DNA from: an uncultured Solirubrobacterales bacterium
GTDB taxonomy: Bacteria; Actinomycetota; Thermoleophilia; Solirubrobacterales; Solirubrobacteraceae
DNA: 64,000 nucleotides
Direction of reading: 5' to 3'
Assembly (NCBI GenBank): GCA_963734715.1
Contig: CAVTIB010000002.1
Coordinates: 299,733-363,732 of the forward strand
The position numbers and the translations under genes were made by a program. Numbering within the stretch: the stretch's first letter is position 1; each line of letters starts with the position of its first letter. Positions 60,360-64,000 of this stretch are shown one piece after another. The notes below the pieces were generated by a model. The model saw nothing but the letters and a program-made list of their open reading frames with translations, did no database searches and was not told the DNA's origin.

Positions 60360-61462
60360 CTAAGCCGCCGTGGTGCCGGCAGGGCGCTCGCCGGGCAGGC
60401 CCTGCGCATGCAACAACTCAGCCAACTGGACCGCGTTCAGCGCGGCGCCCTTGCGCAGGTTGTCGGCGACGATCCACATGTCCAGCGCGCGCTCGTGCCC
60501 GGGGTCGCGGCGGATCCGCCCGACGAACACGTCGTCCTGGCCGGCGGCGTCGATCGCGAGCGGATACACCGCGGCGCTGGGATCGTCGAGCACGCTCACG
60601 CCCGGCGCGGCCGCGAGCAGCTCCCGTGCCCGCTCGGGGGAGAGGGGCTCGCGCGTCTGCACGTTGACGGCCTCGGAGTGTCCCGTCAGCACCGGCACGC
60701 GCACGCAGGTCGCGCTCACGCGGATCGAAGGATCGCCGAGGATCTTGCGCGTCTCGCCCATCAGCTTGCGCTCCTCGTCGGTGTGATCATCGCCGGCGGC
60801 GAACGAGCCGGCGTGGGGCAGCGCGTTGAAGGCGATCTGATGCGCGTAGGTGCTCGGCGGGGCGATCTGGCGTTCGGCCGAACCGGAGACAGTCGCTCCG
60901 CTCCCGTCCCCGAACCGGCCAGCAGCGTGCGCGTCTGCTCGAGCAGCTCATCGACGGCCTGCCTGCCGGTGCCGGAGACGGCCTGGTAGGTGGAGATCAC
61001 CAGCCGCTCGATCCCGGCCGCGTCGTGCAGCGGCTTCAGCGCCACGACCATCTGCATCGTCGAGCAGTTCGGGTTCGCCACGATTCCCCGGTGGTCGGCG
61101 AGCGCCTCGGGGTTGACCTCGCTGACGACGAGGGGAACATCGTCGTTCATGCGCCAGCGCGAGGAGTTATCGACGACCACCGCGCCGCCCGCCGCAAAGC
61201 GAGGCGCCCACTCGCCCGAGGTCGAGCCGCCCGCCGAGAACAGCGCGAGATCAAAGCCCTGGATCGACTCCTCAGCGAGACCCTGCACCGTCAGATCGGC
61301 GCCGTCGGGACCCGCGCCCTGCAGCACCCGACCGACCGATCGCTCGGAGGCGAACGCAACGATCTCGCGCGCCGGAAATGCGCGCTCGCGCAGCAAACTC
61401 AGCATCAGCGTGCCCACCTGTCCGGTGGCGCCGACGACGGCGACTCGATACCCCTGGCTCAT
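60360..61462 (-). CDS. asd: Aspartate-semialdehyde dehydrogenase (apparent frameshift at ~60870-60910)
   Basis: GATGQVG, DNSS, NPNCST, YQAVSG; the next frame has IAFN, TCVRVPV..GHS, DNLRKGAALN. Confidence 0.93.
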
Positions 61463-61507
61463 AGGGCTCTCAGGGTATCGGCCCGAGGGAGCCCAGCACC
61501 GGGACTA

Positions 61508-61996
61508 CTAGCCCGTATGCGTCGCCATGAAGTAGATCGTGATCACGACCAGCAAATCCATCAAAGCCCCCACGCCGCCGATCACCCGCACGAGCGAGTC
61601 ATGCTCCGCGCTGAAGCTCACCGGCCCCTCGCCCGCGCCCGCCACGTCCTGCTCGGCGACCTCGATCAGACGCTTCTCCCGCGGACCGAGGTAGGCGCCC
61701 TCGACGGCTCCGATCACGATCACGACGCCTAGGCCCCACTGCACAAAGAACGTGCTCCAGAGGTGTAGATGGGAGGCGAGGTAGATCCCAAAAATCACGA
61801 TCGCCGCGACCCCGGGCATGATCACGCGCTGGCTGATCGCATGGAGCGCTCGATAGAGGGCGGGCAGGGCGCGCGTGTCTGACTTTGCGACTACACCAAG
61901 CAGGACCGGATAGGCAAACGTGGCGCCAAAAGCGATCACAACCGCGAGGATGTGCAGGGCAAGAACGACTTCGTAGAACGCGACGGCTACGAGCAC
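61508..61996 (-). CDS. DUF2269-like membrane protein
   Basis: LHILAVVIAFG, GIYL, four TM helices, YFM C-terminus. Confidence 0.65.
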   Translation of the reverse strand: MLVAVAFYEVVLALHILAVVIAFGATFAYPVLLGVVAKSDTRALPALYRALHAISQRVIMPGVAAIVIFGIYLASHLHLWSTFFVQWGLGVVIVIGAVEGAYLGPREKRLIEVAEQDVAGAGEGPVSFSAEHDSLVRVIGGVGALMDLLVVITIYFMATHTG

Positions 61997-62029
61997 GGGC
62001 GAAAGCCTAGCTGCTGTGGCGGCCGGGGC

Positions 62030-63643
62030 TCAAAACGTCGGCGCGTACTTGCCGAACACGTCCTGCATCGCCCCGCAGACCTCGCCCAAGGAGCAGCGAT
62101 CCTTGAGCGCCTGGCGGATCGCGGGCAGCAGATTCTCCGAGCCGCGTGCGACGCCACGCAGCTCCCGTAGGCGCTGCTCGGCGAGTGCCTGATCGCGCTC
62201 TGCCTTGAACTTCCTCAGGCGGTCGACCTGTTCGCGCTCGGACTCGGGGTCGACGCGCAGCAGATCGGGAACCTCGATGCCCTCTTCCTCGTACTTGTTG
62301 ACGCCCACGACGATGTCCTGGCCGATGCGGTAGCGCTCCTGGTAGCCCCAGGCGGACTCGTCGATCTCGCCGGTGATGAACTGGATTGCGTTGACCGATC
62401 CCCCGAGCGCGTCGACCTTTGCGATCAGCTCGTTGGCGCGCAGTTCGATCTCATCGGTCAGCGACTCGACGAAGTAGGAGCCGGCAAATGGGTCGACGGT
62501 GTCGGTGGCGCCGGACTCGTGCGCCAGGACCTGCTGCGTGCGCAGCGCGATTTTCGCGGCGCGCTCGGTGGGCAGCGCGAGCGCCTCATCGAAGCCGTTG
62601 GTGTGCAGCGACTGGGTGCCGCCGCAGACGGCCGCAAAGCCCTGCAAAGCGACCCGCACGATGTTGTTCTCCGGCTGTTGGGCGGTCAGCGTGACGCCGC
62701 CGGTCTGGGTGTGAAAGCGCAGCATCGTCGCCTTCGGGTTCGTCGCGCCGAAGCGCTCGCGCATGATCTGCGCCCACATGCGCCGCGCGGCGCGGAACTT
62801 GGCGACCTCCTGGAAGACGTTGTTGTGGCCGTTGAAGAAGAACGCCAACCGCGGCGCGAACTCGTCGACGTTCAGCCCAGAGTCGATTGCGGCCTGGACG
62901 TAGGCGATCCCCGAGGACAGCGTGAAGGCGACCTCCTGCACGGCCGAGCAGCCCTTCTCGCGGAAGTGATAGCCGGAGATCGAGATCGTGTTCCATTTCG
63001 GCACGTTCTCGTGGCAGTACTGGAACAGGTCGGTCGTCAGGCGCATCGTCGGGACGGGCGGGTAGATGTAGTTGCCGCGGGCGATGTACTCCTTCAGCAC
63101 GTCGTTCTGGGTCGTGCCGCGCAGCTGCTCGGAGGGCACGCCCTGCTCCTCGCCGACGAGCTCGTACAGCAAGAGCAGGCAGGCGGCGGGGGCGTTGATC
63201 GTCATCGACGTGGAGACCTGATCGAGCGGGATGCCGTCGAACGCCGTGCGCATGTCGTCGATCGTGTCGATCGCCACGCCCGTGCGGCCGACCTCGCCGA
63301 GGCAGCGCTGGTTATCGGAGTCCAGGCCCAGCTGGGTGGGTAGGTCAAACGCCATCGACAGCCCGGTCGAGCCCTTGGAGAGCAGATAGCGGTAGCGCTC
63401 GTTTGACTCCTTCGCGGATGCGTAGCCGGCGTATTGGCGCATCGTCCAGGTTTGCTTGCGGTACATCTCGCGGTGCACGCCGCGCGTGTAGGGAAACTCG
63501 CCGGGCTCACCCAGCTCGAGCTTCTCCGGCAGGTCGTCCTGCGTGTAGAGCTCGGAGATCTCGATCCCCGAGTCGGTGAAGCGGCGAGGGTCCTTGGCCC
63601 CGACGATCGGGGCGACGGTGAGGTGCTCTTCGGGTTCGCTCAT
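62030..63643 (-). CDS. Methylmalonyl-CoA mutase, substrate-binding (N-terminal) subunit
   Basis: PYTRG, TMRQYAG, AFDLPTQ, STSMTIN, QNDVLKE, SISGYH, QSLHTNGFDEA; no B12-binding DxHxxG domain. Confidence 0.92.
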   Translation of the reverse strand: MSEPEEHLTVAPIVGAKDPRRFTDSGIEISELYTQDDLPEKLELGEPGEFPYTRGVHREMYRKQTWTMRQYAGYASAKESNERYRYLLSKGSTGLSMAFDLPTQLGLDSDNQRCLGEVGRTGVAIDTIDDMRTAFDGIPLDQVSTSMTINAPAACLLLLYELVGEEQGVPSEQLRGTTQNDVLKEYIARGNYIYPPVPTMRLTTDLFQYCHENVPKWNTISISGYHFREKGCSAVQEVAFTLSSGIAYVQAAIDSGLNVDEFAPRLAFFFNGHNNVFQEVAKFRAARRMWAQIMRERFGATNPKATMLRFHTQTGGVTLTAQQPENNIVRVALQGFAAVCGGTQSLHTNGFDEALALPTERAAKIALRTQQVLAHESGATDTVDPFAGSYFVESLTDEIELRANELIAKVDALGGSVNAIQFITGEIDESAWGYQERYRIGQDIVVGVNKYEEEGIEVPDLLRVDPESEREQVDRLRKFKAERDQALAEQRLRELRGVARGSENLLPAIRQALKDRCSLGEVCGAMQDVFGKYAPTF

Positions 63644-63668
63644 GGCCGGAGAGGTTATCCTGCCATCC

Positions 63669-64000
63669 GTGGCCACCTGTCTAGTCACCGGCGGTGCCGG
63701 GTTCTTGGGGTCGCATCTGTGCGATGAGCTGTTGGCGCGCGGTAACCGGGTGATCTGCGTCGATAACTTGGAGACGGGCTCGCTGGCCAATATCGAGCAC
63801 ATCCAGGATCCGGGTTTCACGTTCCTGCATTTGGACATCATCGAGCCCTATTTCATTGATGAGTCGATCGACTTCGTCTATCACCTGGCGTCGCCGGCGT
63901 CACCGATCGACTACCTGCGGCTGCCGCTGCACACGTTGAAGGTCGGCTCCTACGGCACCCACCACACGCTCGGTGTGGCGAAGGCGAAGCGGGCGCGTTT
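63669..64000 (+). CDS. NAD-dependent epimerase/dehydratase (UDP-glucuronate decarboxylase-like), truncated by window end
   Basis: LVTGGAGFLGSHLC, VDNLETG, HLASPASPIDY, TLKVGSYGT. Confidence 0.88.
   Translation, partial: MATCLVTGGAGFLGSHLCDELLARGNRVICVDNLETGSLANIEHIQDPGFTFLHLDIIEPYFIDESIDFVYHLASPASPIDYLRLPLHTLKVGSYGTHHTLGVAKAKRAR

Noticed and set aside
63643-63669. Cobalamin riboswitch for the mutase
   Set aside because: Intergenic gap is only 25 nt
1-64000. tRNA/rRNA, IS elements, integrases, prophage
   Set aside because: No cloverleaf, rRNA, transposase or phage motifs recognised, and spacers are short; tRNAscan-SE and Infernal would be needed to exclude them formally

Overview
High-GC actinobacterial chromosomal window. 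Gene content and leaderless TANNNT promoters suggest Thermoleophilia/Solirubrobacterales (inference). It has about 60 protein-coding genes, mostly housekeeping: ileS, trxA, fumC, sucCD, gpsA, asd, acyl-CoA carboxylase subunits, methylmalonyl-CoA mutase and a sir-cysH-cysD-cysN sulfate operon. DNA repair genes are PolX, a DUF1998 helicase and a Nei-PrimPol-LigC cluster. There are two envelope glycosylation clusters and an unusual Pst-like ABC locus. I saw no rRNA, tRNA, CRISPR or mobile element. Eight genes, some essential, are frameshifted, probably by long-read indel errors. Most notable: (1) the Pst-like locus, whose binding protein lacks canonical phosphate-contacting residues and which is flanked by an apparently inactive phosphoesterase, a lipoprotein, two Zn-ribbon proteins and a Cys-rich secreted protein; (2) recurrent short, diverged tandem duplications of gene ends, stop codon included, and of protein loops; (3) a GXHH-type IleRS2, a lactone oxidase/PLP enzyme/M28 peptidase module, a mini glycerate kinase and a Nei lacking its catalytic Pro. 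All family calls come from motif recognition by eye; no searches were run.
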